The notes under the pieces are model-generated. The model had not been told where the DNA came from. It was given only the letters and a program-made list of their open reading frames with translations, and searched no databases. A program made the position numbers and the translations under genes. Positions 14,441 to 27,307 of a stretch of 64,000 bases of DNA are shown here, one piece after another; within the stretch, counting starts at the first letter, position 1; the number at the start of each line of letters is the position of its first letter. This stretch comes from Octopus sinensis (Eukaryota): NCBI RefSeq assembly GCF_006345805.1, contig NC_042999.1, forward strand, positions 34,224,001 through 34,288,000. Reading direction: 5' to 3'.

Positions 14441-15011
14441 AATTTTGACACTAGGTCAATAATTTCGAGAGAGGTTGTAAGTTGATTATACCTATTTTAT
14501 CGATCTAAAACAAGATGAAAGTCGACCACGGCGGTATTGGAACTCAGAACGTATGGATGATTATGATGATGATGATGATGATAATGATGATAATTATTAT
14601 TATTATCATCATCATCACCACCATCATCATCATCATCATCATCATCATTATTATTATTATTATTATTATAACGTAATAAATAAAATCTCAAAACTTTTGT
14701 GGTGTGACTTTTGATCCACTCAACCTTATAACAAATACGTGCCCATTTTTAATTTAATACTGCTTTTGACGCGTACATCGGATTATTTATTCAGCCCGGC
14801 GGCTATTTCTCAATATTTCATATATGAGAAGCGCTAAATCTCATCTAGGAATGTGTCTGGCTGCGAATACTTGTCATTGACGAACCTCAACGAATGCATC
14901 TGGCGTTTTCTCGACCCGATGCTGGTTTGATATAGTACTATAGTATTTATTGTCTATCAGTTCGTCTTCTCTCTCTTTCATCTTCTCTCTTTCTTCACAC
15001 ACCCAATATAT

Positions 15012-15239
15012 GTTTCTTTATTACCCACAAAGGGGCTAAACATAGAGGGGACAAACAAGGACAGACAAACGAATTAAGTTGATTACATCGACCCCAGTGC
15101 GTAACTGGTACTTAATTAATCGACCCCGAAAGGATGAAAGGCAAAGTCGACCTCGGCGGAATTTGAACTCAGAACGTTACGGCAGACAAAATACGGCTAC
15201 GCATTTCGCCCGGCATGCTAACGGTTCTGCCAGCTCGCC
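15012..15239 (-). mobile_element. tRNA-derived SINE, family B (ggcgagctggcagaa head; ctttcatcctttcggggtcgat core)
   Basis: Full-length match to the copies at 24421-24647, 54433-54661 and 56402-56622. Confidence 0.85.
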
Positions 15240-15449
15240 GCCTTATATATGCCTTATATACCCAATATATGCCGCTCGCTCACCCTCTCTCTGTCTTTCT
15301 GTGTCTTTCTTTCTCTTTCTCTCACTCCCTTTTTCTCTCTCATCCAAACTCTGTCACAGTTTCTACCCAGAAGAATTAGACCATGTCCATACATGCACAT
15401 GAATATTCTTCGCCGTTTCAACGTGCAAAACTGACCGCATATCAGGACG

Positions 15450-16004
15450 ACGATAGGCAGCGGGTGTGGAGTCTTTCGAAGGCTTAGCCAGCGGCGTGGC
15501 GTCATTCGAAGGCTCAAACAATGCGAAGTGCATTGAGACCAGCGATGTGTAGCAATATCAATAGCTAGGTCGGTCACGTGATCACGTGATATATGTGTGT
15601 ATGTGTGTGTGTATACAGGAGGTCACGATCAATATGAAATACGCAAACAACGAGGGAAACGAATAGAAAACAGGACAAGTAACATAAAGAAGGACCCTTC
15701 ATCAGCTGTCAGCTGTCTATCTACTCCTGGTTAGTGCAGCGGACTCGCGGTCGTAGGATCACGGTTTCGGTTCCCAGACCTGGCGTCGTGAGTGTTTATT
15801 GAGCGAAAACACCTAAAAGCTCCACGCGGCTCCGGCAGGGGGTGGTGATCCCTGCTGTACTCTTTCACCACTTCTTGCCCCACTCTTTCTTCTGTTGACC
15901 TACTGGCTTAGCCAGTAGGGTGACATCATTTGAAGGCTAAAACAATGCTAAAGCATTGTGACTAACGATATGTAGCATCATCTGATTGTCTGGTCGGTCA
16001 CGTG
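15450..16004 (+). mobile_element. SINE family C copy (15728-16004) preceded by an isolated copy of the same 3' tail (15485-15588)
   Basis: Head and core gagcgaaaacacctaaaagctccacg shared with 49109-49462. Tail gaaggctc/taaacaatg...ggtcggtcacgtga present twice. Confidence 0.7.
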
Positions 16005-16070
16005 ATATATATATATGGATGTAAAAAGAGAGAGAGAGATAGTGTATGTTTGTGTGTATTCATGTGTGTG

Positions 16071-16107
<37 letters not shown>

Positions 16108-16376
16108 TGATATACATGGTGATGGTGATATTTTCCCAACGAAAAACAAGTACTAAATATTTTATTTTCTCATCATCTTTATCATTATATTTTTCTTTTA
16201 CTTGACCTCATGAACGACTCTTCATCTTGTTCTACTTATTCTCTTTCGTCTTTTTGTAGTAGGTATCTTTATATGCGCATGTGTATGCATCAGCAGAGCT
16301 TTTGAAAAACAAAATACATAAATATATGTACGTATGTATATATGTGTATATGTGTATGTGTGCGTGTGTGTGTATT

Positions 16377-16394
16377 CGTTTATATGTTTGTGTG

Positions 16395-16462
<68 letters not shown>

Positions 16463-16484
16463 CACGTTCACATTTATTGTTCTA
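16377..16484 (+). repeat. Left part of a local segmental duplicate (copy A), split by the Helitron
   Basis: cgtttatatgtttgtgt...(TA)n...atcacgttcacatttattgttcta matches 24911-25003. Confidence 0.85.
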
Positions 16485-16605
16485 CTAGCAGCATAGCCCG
16501 GCGTTGCCCGGGTATGTAAGAGCCCCTAGTAGGCAACGACTAATCCCAATGTAGTCCTTTCCCTCCAGGGAACGAAGGTGCATGTGGACGTTGCAATGTC
16601 TGTCT

Positions 16606-19600
16606 TCACTGGAATACTTCTGTATATACGATGTTCCTAGCTGTCCGTTTGGGCGAAAACATGAAAACATCATTGCGCCTCCCAACGCGTGAACAGCCCA
16701 CGTAGAGTTGACCGTGGGCGAAGCACTGTTCGCCCAAATGTAACCCAGCGACTTGTAGCGTTTGGCCTTGGGATTTATTGATGGACATTGCGAAGCAGAG
16801 TTTAACAGGAAACTGAGAACGCCTGAAGTGGATTGGTAGGTCAGCGCCCGACGGTTGAAGGTGCATCCGTGGAATGAAGAGGTCCTCTCCCTTCCCACAA
16901 CCGGTAAGTATTGTGGCCGTTATTAAATGTGGTGCCAAATGTTTCACAACCAACGTGTGCCGTTGCACTGTTTAGGTGGAACCAAATTCCTGATGCGCAT
17001 AATGGGCGCACCGACTTTTAACTTCAGGATGTGTGGTGGCAGGCCTGGCGGTTCAAGTGAATTCAGGAATTCAACAGGATAATCGGCAAGCTGGGCGGGT
17101 CTGCTGTCCTATCTATAGATTTGTAGACGTGGACATCACCAGGAATAGCTTCAAGTAGCTGGATATTGATGGAGTTGACGGTTGTATTTTTGGGTGCGAG
17201 AATAGCTCTGCCTGCCAGCCATTTTAGGTCGCGTAAATTGTTTTGTAGGTCGTGGAAGACAGCGTCCCGGAGGCTAGCAGGGGTGTCGACACATGGTGCA
17301 AAGTGAGTCCAATTGAACGTAGCCATCCGCATCAGACAGCATCCTATTTTCACCGAGCGATAAGAGGTCCCTGGAGAATGCAGCGGATCCGCTGTCACCA
17401 ATTAACTGCGCGCGCATGTTAGTTTGGAGGTGCAAGGGCCGCACATGTGCCCAAAGAGCTGACGACTTAAGGCACGCGCGCACGGCATCGGCACGGGTTC
17501 CTTTTGGAATAACAGGTAGAGTCTGCCTGAAGTCTCCTGAAAGAAGTAAAGTTAATCCTCCCATGGGGGCCGTAGAGTCTCTGATGTCTTGCAGGGACCT
17601 GTCCAGTGCCTCAAGGCGCCTTTGTGTGCCATAGTGCACTCGTCCCATACGATGAGTTTGCATCTGCGAAATGTCGGCCTGTTCTGAGTTCTTGGCGATG
17701 TTGCAGATAGGTGACTCGGACTTTGCCAGATCGAGCGGGAGTCTGAAGGCAGAGTGGGCGGTTCTGCCACCCGGAAGCAACGTGGCCGCGATACCAGAGG
17801 AAGCTACAGCCAGGGCAATGTCCGTGTTGCGTCTGACCTCTGCCAGAATTAGTTTAGTGACGAAGGTTTTGCCTGTGCCGCCGGGTGCATCAAGGAAGAA
17901 AATCCCCCCACGTTGCTGTCTGACAGAGTCTACGATGGTGTTGTAGGCTATGCGCTGGTCTGGAAGCAGCCGTGGTTCATTATCTTGGACGTACTGGTGC
18001 AGTTCCTCAATGCAGTAGGAAGTTTCGCGTAACAATTCAGCAGACATAACATTGGCGTGTTCACGTGTGGGTGGTGGAAGGCCGTACTCTGTTAAGCAGA
18101 CCCACCCATATCGATGACAGCGTCTTCGAGTTGAATGAGCGCAAAATTGTAAATGAAGTTGGTGAACGTGATCTCGGCGGAAGGGCAGTGTTGCTGAGCC
18201 GTACGTAAGAAGTCGTGCGACATGTCATCCCTGTATTTCATCCAGAGACTTAGTGGATGACTAAGCTGACATTTTTGAAGAAGGATTGCGAAAAGATGTC
18301 GCAGGGCCGAATGCGTTTGCAGTAAAGCACCCTCTGCCATCGTGGCGTCCCACTGGGAGTCATCCTCTAGAAGGCCAAGTCTCATACATGCTTCCCTGAA
18401 GGTGTCGCACAGAACCCCATTGACGGTACTATATTGGCGAAACCTGTTGGACCAGTGACCTCATGTAGAAGGAGACGGAGGTAGAAGCATTCTTGCTGGT
18501 TTGGCGGGATGTTGTAAACTCGACCCAGGCAGGAGTCAAACTTGACGCCTGGGAAGCTTTCGACGTTTTTGCCGGATTTCCGTCGAACCCAGGTGTTTTT
18601 AGACCACACGAAGTACGATGGGACCTGTGGGTACAAAAGCGTTCGAGCGAAGTCATCACGTTGGCATAATTTGAAGAAACCAGTCAACGTTGTGTCTTTA
18701 GGGCTGGTGGCTATCTGCACAGCACTTTGCTCTGTGAAGTAAATCCGCTGTCCATTTTCCAAGTGTACAGCAAGCTGCACCACAGCCGGGTGTCTCTGAT
18801 GGAGCAGGAAGCCGTAAATGCGCCAAAACGCTTCGTTGCTGCTGAGGTACCGGCCAGCCAAGTAGTTGGACACTTCGTCGCGACTGGTGGTCCTCTGGAT
18901 GCTGAACATGGCAGCATCGCTGCCTTTGTTGATATATTTGCAGACATATTGTATTGACCTGATGGAGCTGCAGAACTCAACGTTGACGTGGGCTTTGAAT
19001 ATCTTCGACAGGAGAGGACAGTAGGGGACAATGTAGCTGTTGTCCACTTGATGTCGCCCAACCGTAATCGTGCGGCCTCCATTGGCTGGACTCCTTCGTT
19101 TGTACAGCGGATACCCATCGCCGCCTGTTTGAGTCTCCAAAGTGAACCGTTTAGGGAATCCCTTTGAGCAGGCTAATCCGGTTTTGTAGCATGGTGTGTT
19201 GGCGTAATTTGGTCCACAGGGCCCGTGTACCATGGTAGTGCGGACAATTTCGTAGAGTCTGGGGTCCTCATCGGGGTCAGGAATCTCGGCGGAAATGAAT
19301 TTGTCAATGTCATTAGTCTCAATTTTATGAGTGAGCCAAAATTAAGATGTGAGCATGTGGCAAGCCCCTCTTTTGCCACTCGACCGAAAACATGTGGCAC
19401 CTGACATGCCCGAAAATCTGACCCTTAACTATCAAATCCTTCATTTTGCCCAAATTCAGACGGAAAACCCTAGCAACGATGTCGTGTCGATGGGTGTGAG
19501 ATTGACCCGGAGGATTTCGCGAGTGATTTCGTCGCAGCTGGGATTGCACGTGTACGTGATAAAGAGGTCCGGCCGGCCGTAAATGCGCACGTAGGTCAAG

Positions 19601-21470
19601 GCGTCTTGGGTCCTTTCACGCATATATCGCGGTCCTCCCGTGAAGGTGGAGGGTAGAATGCATGGCTTGCCGATGTTGCGAGGGTCATTTTCTTGTTGCA
19701 AACCGTCACGGAGATGAATGTAGGAGTCGGAGCGAAGTTTGGTCTGATTAAGTTTAATGTATAGCAGCCTTTCCGATTCCATTTTTGCGGCCATGTCGAC
19801 GGCGAACTGGTTGAATAGCTGACGACAACGGGGCAATAAGTTGAACTCACCCTCCCTGACCATGAACCGGTATGAGTAGAACGCCCTGCAGGAAACCGTC
19901 TTTGATGCCGCAGTAGTTTGATTGGAGGGCTGCCGTAAAGGAATTCCGAAGTGGTAGCCATCTTCCCCATAAGGGAAAAGCAATGGATACTGAAGCGCGT
20001 CATAAGATCTGTGAGTCTCGCTGATCCTGTGTAGGTTGTTACCACGGGAGGAGATGATTATGTCACGGCTGTTGTGTTGCTCTCCGTGTATAACTGCGGC
20101 AATTTCGTTGCACGCAGGTGCGTTGAAACGGCGTTCGTGCTCCCCGTGGGGTCGTTTATATCAGCATCAATGACAACGGTGAAGTTTGGAGAAGGAGCAC
20201 TGTCCAAGGCATATCTGAAGCTGCAGACGTAGCTGTTGATATCATGAAGCATGGTTTGGAGACGGAGAAGAATGTCTTTGCGGGGAACATAGCTTGTACC
20301 CGGTATTATTCCAAGGCGTGCATCAACCTGGTGGTTGTAGTCGGCAATGAAGTATATTTGGAGGAAAGAAGACTGCTGAATCTCGTCTGGCAGAAGTGAC
20401 CCAATAAGATGGTAGACCTGTCCCTGCACTTTGAAAGTAGGCATCCAGCCTTCTCTGGGAGGAATTTTGGCCCCGAAAGAGGTCATTTGGAATGAGCAGT
20501 TGTACTTTCGAATTATTTCAAGGAATTGTGACGAATCGGGGTTTAACCCGCCGCGAGATCCTTCAGTGGTTGAGGTGGTTGCGTAGGGGTGGCAGGTCCA
20601 CTTTGCCACCAGAGCAGCACAAACCAGGTGGCTCTCCGGGCCATTTCTTGGCTTTGCAAAACTGGCATACAATTGTCATTGACCCTATCTTGATGTCGTC
20701 ACGCAAGGAAAAGTTAATTGTGGCGTCGTAGTTGAATGCTAGTGACAACCAGAAGCGGGGGCAGGGGTACGTACACCACGAATGATATCCCGACGTTTGT
20801 TGATACTCTCAAGTCGAGTGCACCGTGCCTCAGCAGATTCAGATGCACGTGCGACAGCGGTAGCAGTGGCATCCCTTGAAAGCATTTCAGCTCTCGCCTC
20901 AGCACCCTCTGAAGCCCTAACAGAAGCAGTGTTAATGGCATGTCTGGATGTCCGAATAGTCCGTTGGTGTGGAGTTTCGGCAGATCGAGCCCTGGCTGTG
21001 TTTGCGGCGTTAGCAGCTTGGCGAGCTCTCCTCTGTTGAGGTGTTTCGGCAGCTTTGGCCATGGCTTTGTTTGCGGCGTCAGCATCTTGGCGAGTTCTCC
21101 TCTGCTGTGAGGTTTCGACAGATCGTGTCCTGGCAGTGCTAGTGGCGTTAGCCGCATTCCGAATGGCCCTTTGTTCGGGGTTCTCGCGAGCTCTGCGGAT
21201 GGAAGCACAGTAAGAAGCCCGCATGTTTTGGCTGGACTGTTGCTCTTTCGTCAACCTCGAGCGGAGGGAAGATCTGTACGCTGCGACCCTTGCAAGTCGG
21301 GTAGAACGGTCGCTAGTAGTTTCAGATGCCTGAGCAGCGGCATAACGGGAAGCTGGTTGCGAGAGGCGCAAGGCGGTTTCCTCGTGGGTCTCGCGTGCCC
21401 TTCTAGCCCTAGCAGCCGATGCCTTGGCCGTCCGAGGGTTGAGGATGGTCCTTCTCTTCTTGGGTGGCAT
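16606..21470 (-). CDS. Helitron RepHel protein (~1620 aa once ~13 small frameshifts are bridged): STPR-like repeats, Cys motif, HUH Rep, PIF1-family helicase
   Basis: MPPKKRR start; [21 protein letters not shown]; [10 protein letters not shown]; [14 protein letters not shown] (HUH); YVCKYINKG; DAPGGTGKT (Walker A); LIVWDE; GDFRQTLPV; [12 protein letters not shown]; stop after NIVYTEVFQ. No in-frame stop found in the bridged frame. Confidence 0.9.
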
Positions 21471-21591
21471 TTTGGTGGATAGCAATGTGTTTGGCAAAGG
21501 TGTAATAAAAAGGAACACGTGGGGTAAGTATTTTGGTGGATAGCAATGTGTTTGGTAAAGGTGTAATAAAAAGGAGCTCGTGGGGTAAGTA
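21470..21591. repeat. 2 x 61-bp tandem repeat abutting the RepHel start codon
   Basis: ttttggtggatagcaatgtgtttgg(c/t)aaaggtgtaataaaaagga(acac/gctc)gtggggtaagta at 21470-21530 and 21531-21591. Confidence 0.9.
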
Positions 21592-22620
21592 TCCGAAAAT
21601 GTATAAAAATGTACAAAAACGGCCAAAAAGCTGGCAGCAATGTGAGTGACAACAACGAAAAAGTCAAAAGTGATCAAACTGAACAAACGAAAGGAAAAGT
21701 TTTTTGATGCACACGACAAAAGTGGTTTATAATAAACCAAGAGTTTGCAAGTAGCGTCCGAGGACCGTTAGGGTACGTCAAAATTTGAAGGTAAAACGTT
21801 TGGGGTGGTAGTTATAAAGAAAGTTTAAACCCAAAAAGTATTCGAATAACTTGCGGCTGCAGCAGCTATTAGCAGAAGTGGCGGTGTTGGGGGTAAAGTC
21901 TCGAATGTAATTTCTTCGTGGTAGGAATTGGTTGGATCGAATTATCGATAGCTAAAAAGGTCAAGTTGCGTCCCCTAGACAGTCTGGTTTGTGTTTAATA
22001 CACAAATTTGTTTGCTATGTGTGCCACATATGATTAAATTAACCGATTTTTTCCAATAATGTATCCTATTGGAATAAAAAGGGCTATATAGCTCCTTGGA
22101 GCAGACATGATGCTCGTTGTGAAAAAAAAAAAGATTCCTGCCAATTTGTGAAAGATATTGTCGAAAATATGTCATCTTGAATTTGAACGCGATTTCCCAA
22201 AATGGCATGATTTTATCGATTGTTTCTGATGGTAAGGTATTGCATGGAAAACTAACGTCAGAATTGAGTTTCTTAGGGTAACATTAAGCTTCACCATGAG
22301 TTTGGTGAAAATCGATTGCAAGTTGTGAAAACTACCATAGTTATGCGTTGCATAAAAAAAGCTTAGATTCTCGAGTTGCGTCCCCTAGACAGTCTGTGGT
22401 TCATGTTTATGATTCTCGACCCCATGTCGAATTTATCAATTTTTTCAGAACTGGGGGAACTTTTCAAAATTTTCGCTTCGTTAGTTTTGAATTATGACAT
22501 TGGGCTATGTGTGTGTCAAGTTTCATCAGAATCGGTTGAAAGCCGTGGTCAGGGTGAGGGTACGAGAAAACAGACACACAGAAGCACGCACAGACAAACT
22601 GCCGTTTATATATAGAGAGA

Positions 22621-22912
22621 TGTGTATGTACATATATATATATATATATGCATACATACATACACACATACATACATACATACATACATACATACATACA
22701 TACATACATACATGCATACATACATACATACATACATACATACATACATACATACATACATACATACATACATACATACATACATACATACATAAATAAA
22801 TAACTCAACGTCTTAAACTCTTATTGGGCTGGAATTTATATCGTAGATTTTTGTTAGAGCAGCAAAACTTATTTTCAGATTTGTATAACTATAAATCCTT
22901 CTCTCCATCTCC
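22621..22912 (+). repeat. Right part of segmental duplicate copy A, including (CATA)n
   Basis: Matches 25004-25332 (aactcaacgtcttaaactcttattgggctggaatttatatcgtagatttttgttaga...ctctccatctcc). Confidence 0.9.
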
Positions 22913-23916
22913 GTAGGAATGTATTACATTTATTTATTTTTCTCCCAACAATTTGGCTATTGATGTCTGTATCTCGTCTCCTGCATTTCTCCATCTTTCA
23001 ATCTGTTTCCTTTCTTTATTTTGTATTTATATACATACCCATATTTTTATATAAATATATACACACACATACATACATACATATATATACATATACATAT
23101 ACAAACATACAGATATATATTTATATACATATAAATTTGTGGATGCGTGTGTGTGTGTGTATAACAAATTTAATTCAGAGTGATGACTTTCCACGTGATA
23201 GATTGCTATGTATAGCCTGAGATGAGTGTTGTTGCCTGATGACGTCCAACTAAGAATGTACCGAAATACCAAGTTTATAGATAAGCCTCTTACAGATAAT
23301 TTTGTATTTTGGTATTTCTGTGTTTCGTATATTCTGTACAGAAATACCAATAAATTTAGCGAAAATAAAAACAATGACTTCTATATACACATAGACGTTC
23401 AATGTCGTTTGTACATAAAAACCGTTTATGGCACAGTCAATACCCTCAAGTTCCGTTCAAATTTTAACTCATATTTGAGCACTGCTCATCCTGAGCTGAT
23501 GTTCTTATACTTGTGCTTGGCATATATATATATATGCAGATAGTTGTGTATGTGTGTATGTGTGTCTGTGCGTGTGTCTATATGTGTGTGTATTTATATA
23601 TCTGTATAAGTCATAATTTGTTCGAGTAAGTCTCTACTCTGTGTTTCACATGCACGTGCACGTGTAATGAAGGAGCCTGGCTTGGTGGTAAGCGTATTCG
23701 TCTCACGATAGTAACGTTGAAAGTTCAATACTGAGCGGTGTCTTGTGTAAGTTAAGTTATTACACTTAACTTTTAAAAATAATTTTGATGAGGTTCGTTT
23801 TTTCTAGAACCGAAACATGTAAAATTTCTATGAAAATTAAAATTTATCTTATATAGTGGCCTTTTAAAACTTCTTTTTTATAAATATATACCCACTCGTA
23901 TACCACCTACACTTAT

Positions 23917-23972
<56 letters not shown>

Positions 23973-24179
23973 CATATATACATACATACATATATACATA
24001 CATACATACATACATACATACATACATACATGTATTCATACAGACATATATACATTCATTCATACATACATACATACATACATAAATACATACATTCTTG
24101 CATTTGTTTACCTGTTTTAGTGATGTGGCTGTTGCCTTGTTGGAACAATGTCTTTAGTCGAACAAATCGGCCTCACCTT

Positions 24180-24420
24180 TTATTTGTTGTAAGCCTAGCA
24201 CTTATTCTATCAATGCCTTTTGCTTAACTGCTAAGTTACGGGGAGGCAAACACTCCAACATCAGTTGTGAAGCTATTATGGGGAGGACAAACACAGACAA
24301 ACAAACATATACATATACATATACATATATATATACATACACACACACACATGCACACACACACACACACACACAAACACACACATATATATATATATGA
24401 CGAGCTTCCTTCAGGTTCCG
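24180..24420 (-). mobile_element. Degenerate SINE family D fragment
   Basis: Reverse complement resembles the second half of 48594-49004 (gtttgtcc...gacaac...gttt...cccgtaacttagc). Confidence 0.6.
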
Positions 24421-24647
24421 ATTTCTTTATTGCCCACAGGGGGGCTAAATAGAGAAGGGACAAACAAGGACAGACAAAGACAAAGGGATTAAGTCGATTA
24501 CATCGACCCCAGTGCGTAACCGGTACTTAATCTATCAACCCTGAAAGGATGGAAGGCAAAGTCGACCTTGTCGGAATTTGAACTCAGAACGTAACGGCAG
24601 ACGAAATACTGAAATACCTGGTTTGCTAAAGTTTTTGCCAGCTCGCC
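24421..24647 (-). mobile_element. tRNA-derived SINE, family B
   Basis: Full-length similarity to 15012-15239. Confidence 0.85.
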
Positions 24648-24910
24648 GCCTTTCAGTTTCCCTCTACCAAATCTACTCACAAAGGCGTTGGTCAGCCAGA
24701 GAGTACAGCAGAGGACACATGTGCTTGCATGTATGTTTTCGTATGTATATGCATACATGTATATGTTTTCGTACGTGTATTTGTGTATATTTCCTTGCAC
24801 ATGAATCGGATTTCAAGGACATAAATATCGAGTAACAAAAATTTACTGTAACTAGATTACAATTGCGGTCCAAAACCACAATATGTAATAGACATATTGT
24901 CTCTTACATA

Positions 24911-24936
24911 CGTTTATATGTTTGTGTCTGTGTATT

Positions 24937-24968
<32 letters not shown>

Positions 24969-25332
24969 ATATATATATAATCACGTTCGTATTTATTGTT
25001 CTATGAGTATGTACATATATATATATATATATATATATGCATACATACATACATACATACACACATACATACATACATACATACATACATAATACATACA
25101 TACACACATACATACACACATACATACATACATACACACATACATACATACATACATAGATACATACATACATACATACATACATACATACATACATGCA
25201 TACATACATACATACATAAATAACTCAACGTCTTAAACTCTTATTGGGCTGGAATTTATATCGTAGATTTTTGTTAGAACAGCAAAACGTATTTTCAGAT
25301 TTGTATAACTATAAATCCTTCTCTCCATCTCC
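24911..25332 (+). repeat. Segmental duplicate copy B, holding the empty (pre-insertion) Helitron site at 25003/25004
   Basis: atcacgttcgtatttattgttcta|tgagtatgtacat corresponds to copy A atcacgttcacatttattgttcta|[Helitron]|tgtgtatgtacat. Confidence 0.9.
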
Positions 25333-25821
25333 ATATGGATGAAAGATGGAGAAAGACGTATGTAAGAGACAATCAGAAAAAAAAACATGTAAAGATAAAT
25401 TAAAGTGAGAGATACGCAACTGAATCCAGCATTAATCAAACGTAGATCTATAGGAACATCAGGTGTTATATAAGCTCCTTATTCGTATATTGGCCTATGT
25501 TATTTCTGAAACTGTTATATATTCCATAACTACAAAATTCCTTAAATGCCAATCATATTATATTGAAACAATGATTTTTCCTTTTCTACATTAGGTCAAA
25601 TAGCTCCGATTTAATGTGCCGAAGACATTATATATATCTGTCTATATATATATATATATTTATATATATGTATGTGGTAAGGCAATTCGTTGCTAAACCC
25701 TTTATTGCTTAGTATTACTTAAATTTTCCTCGAATGAGGCTTTTACATACCGAAGACTACTTGGTGTAATTGATAATTATTCCAAATTAATTAATTTCAC
25801 CTTCATTATTACGGATAACTA

Positions 25822-25945
<124 letters not shown>

Positions 25946-25946
25946 G

Positions 25947-26015
<69 letters not shown>

Positions 26016-26038
26016 TTTTATATATGTATATATATATA

Positions 26039-26069
<31 letters not shown>

Positions 26070-26084
26070 ATATATATATATAAG

Positions 26085-26850
26085 CAAAATCTCTTTAACT
26101 TGGCAAAAACAGAATTTGCACAAGAGTGTCCGATAGAAATACTCCGGACCTTCATCTTCAAGAACTCGCCGTAACGCTAACTGAAAGACTATATCCACCG
26201 TAACTTATAGACGATGGAATTAAGCGTGCTAAGAAATCAGACATTAAAACAGCAAGAGCAGCAAAACGTAACACCTCACATCTGAAACACTACTGCATAT
26301 ATCAACTCAAACCCCTAGAAACAATGAAGCATACAACACTATTGTACAAAATCTATGCTCAGTAGAGATCCAAAAATGAACAACATTCTGATAAATTCAC
26401 CAAATGCAAAAAGCAAACAGAATTGGCTAAAAAGACTTCTAACGAAACCAGCGGTTACAAAATAGTGTCGCCCAAACTGCGAGACATGCCACAACCTACT
26501 ATTCAAACAGGGAGAGCAGTTCACAATTAAAACCAACTTCAATTATGCTTCAGAGAATCCAATTTATGTTATAACGTGCTCGGGTTTTCCACATAACTAT
26601 ACAGGATACACAAGTATAACACGGAGAGAGAGAGAGAAAACCACACTACACAAGCAATAGATCCGGTTCTCGCAATACAGTCACATTCCTTTGAATGAAC
26701 ACATAGAGAAATGTGCAGGTAATATCCAACCAACCTTCACAGTTTTCCTCATCTACCAAAGCAAACGAAAGATTTCTATAGAAGAAAGTTTAAATAAAGA
26801 AAATTCATTAATCGATAAACACAGAACACGTCTGAATATTGACGCATATG
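26085..26850 (+). mobile_element. Decayed Penelope-like element (RT thumb to GIY-YIG), copy 2
   Basis: [40 protein letters not shown]...CRPNCETCHNL...SENPIYVITCSGFPHNYTGYTS...EHIEKCAGNIQPTFTVF. Homologous to 4073-4870. Confidence 0.85.
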
Positions 26851-27253
26851 CAACTTTGATCTTTACTTCAATATCACATACCCATCAGTAAGCATATTTC
26901 ATCTCACTACTTTAGCTTTGGACTTTTTGTGTATATTTATCTACGCGCTCCCCGAAAAGTGAACAACTACCTGCATTGTTTCTAATAATAACTATCACGA
27001 ATTATCACCCCTTGGAATATTCTACTTGTTGAATCATAAACTTCTCCACACGCAATTACATTAATTTCAATGTCATGGTTAGGGAAAGTGGAATCGGTCG
27101 ACAAATACAATATGAAATATATTTTAAAATATAGTAAAAGTGTGTGCATTTACTTTCTTTTATCTAACATATATATAATATGTGTGTATACATATATATG
27201 TATGTATATATATTATAAATGTATATGTATATACATATGTGTATGTGTGAGTC

Positions 27254-27307
<54 letters not shown>

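Larger units (their letters stand above)
16485..22620 (-). mobile_element. Full-length Helitron (rolling-circle transposon), ~6.1 kb
   Basis: Minus-strand 5' end A|TCTCTCTATATATAAA at 22620. 3' end CCCGGGCAACGCCGGG hairpin, then ctatgctgCTAG|T at 16485. A|T target with no TSD, confirmed by the empty paralogous site at 25003/25004. GC-rich RepHel frame inside. Confidence 0.95.

Noticed and set aside
16606-21470. Programmed ribosomal frameshifting in RepHel
   Set aside because: About 13 shifts with no slippery heptamers are far better explained by sequencing error or decay.
16485-21740. Plus-strand and alternate-frame ORFs over the Helitron, and the 90-aa extension upstream of MPPKK
   Set aside because: Shadow ORFs of a GC-rich coding region. 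The extension is low-complexity 5' sequence including the 61-bp repeat.
21470-22396. CRISPR-like array from the 23-bp and 61-bp repeats
   Set aside because: Only two copies each, no regular unique spacers, no cas genes, eukaryotic context.
23233-23270. Hammerhead at ctgatgacgtcc...ccgaaa
   Set aside because: Core boxes are present but no stem II or stem I pairing could be built.
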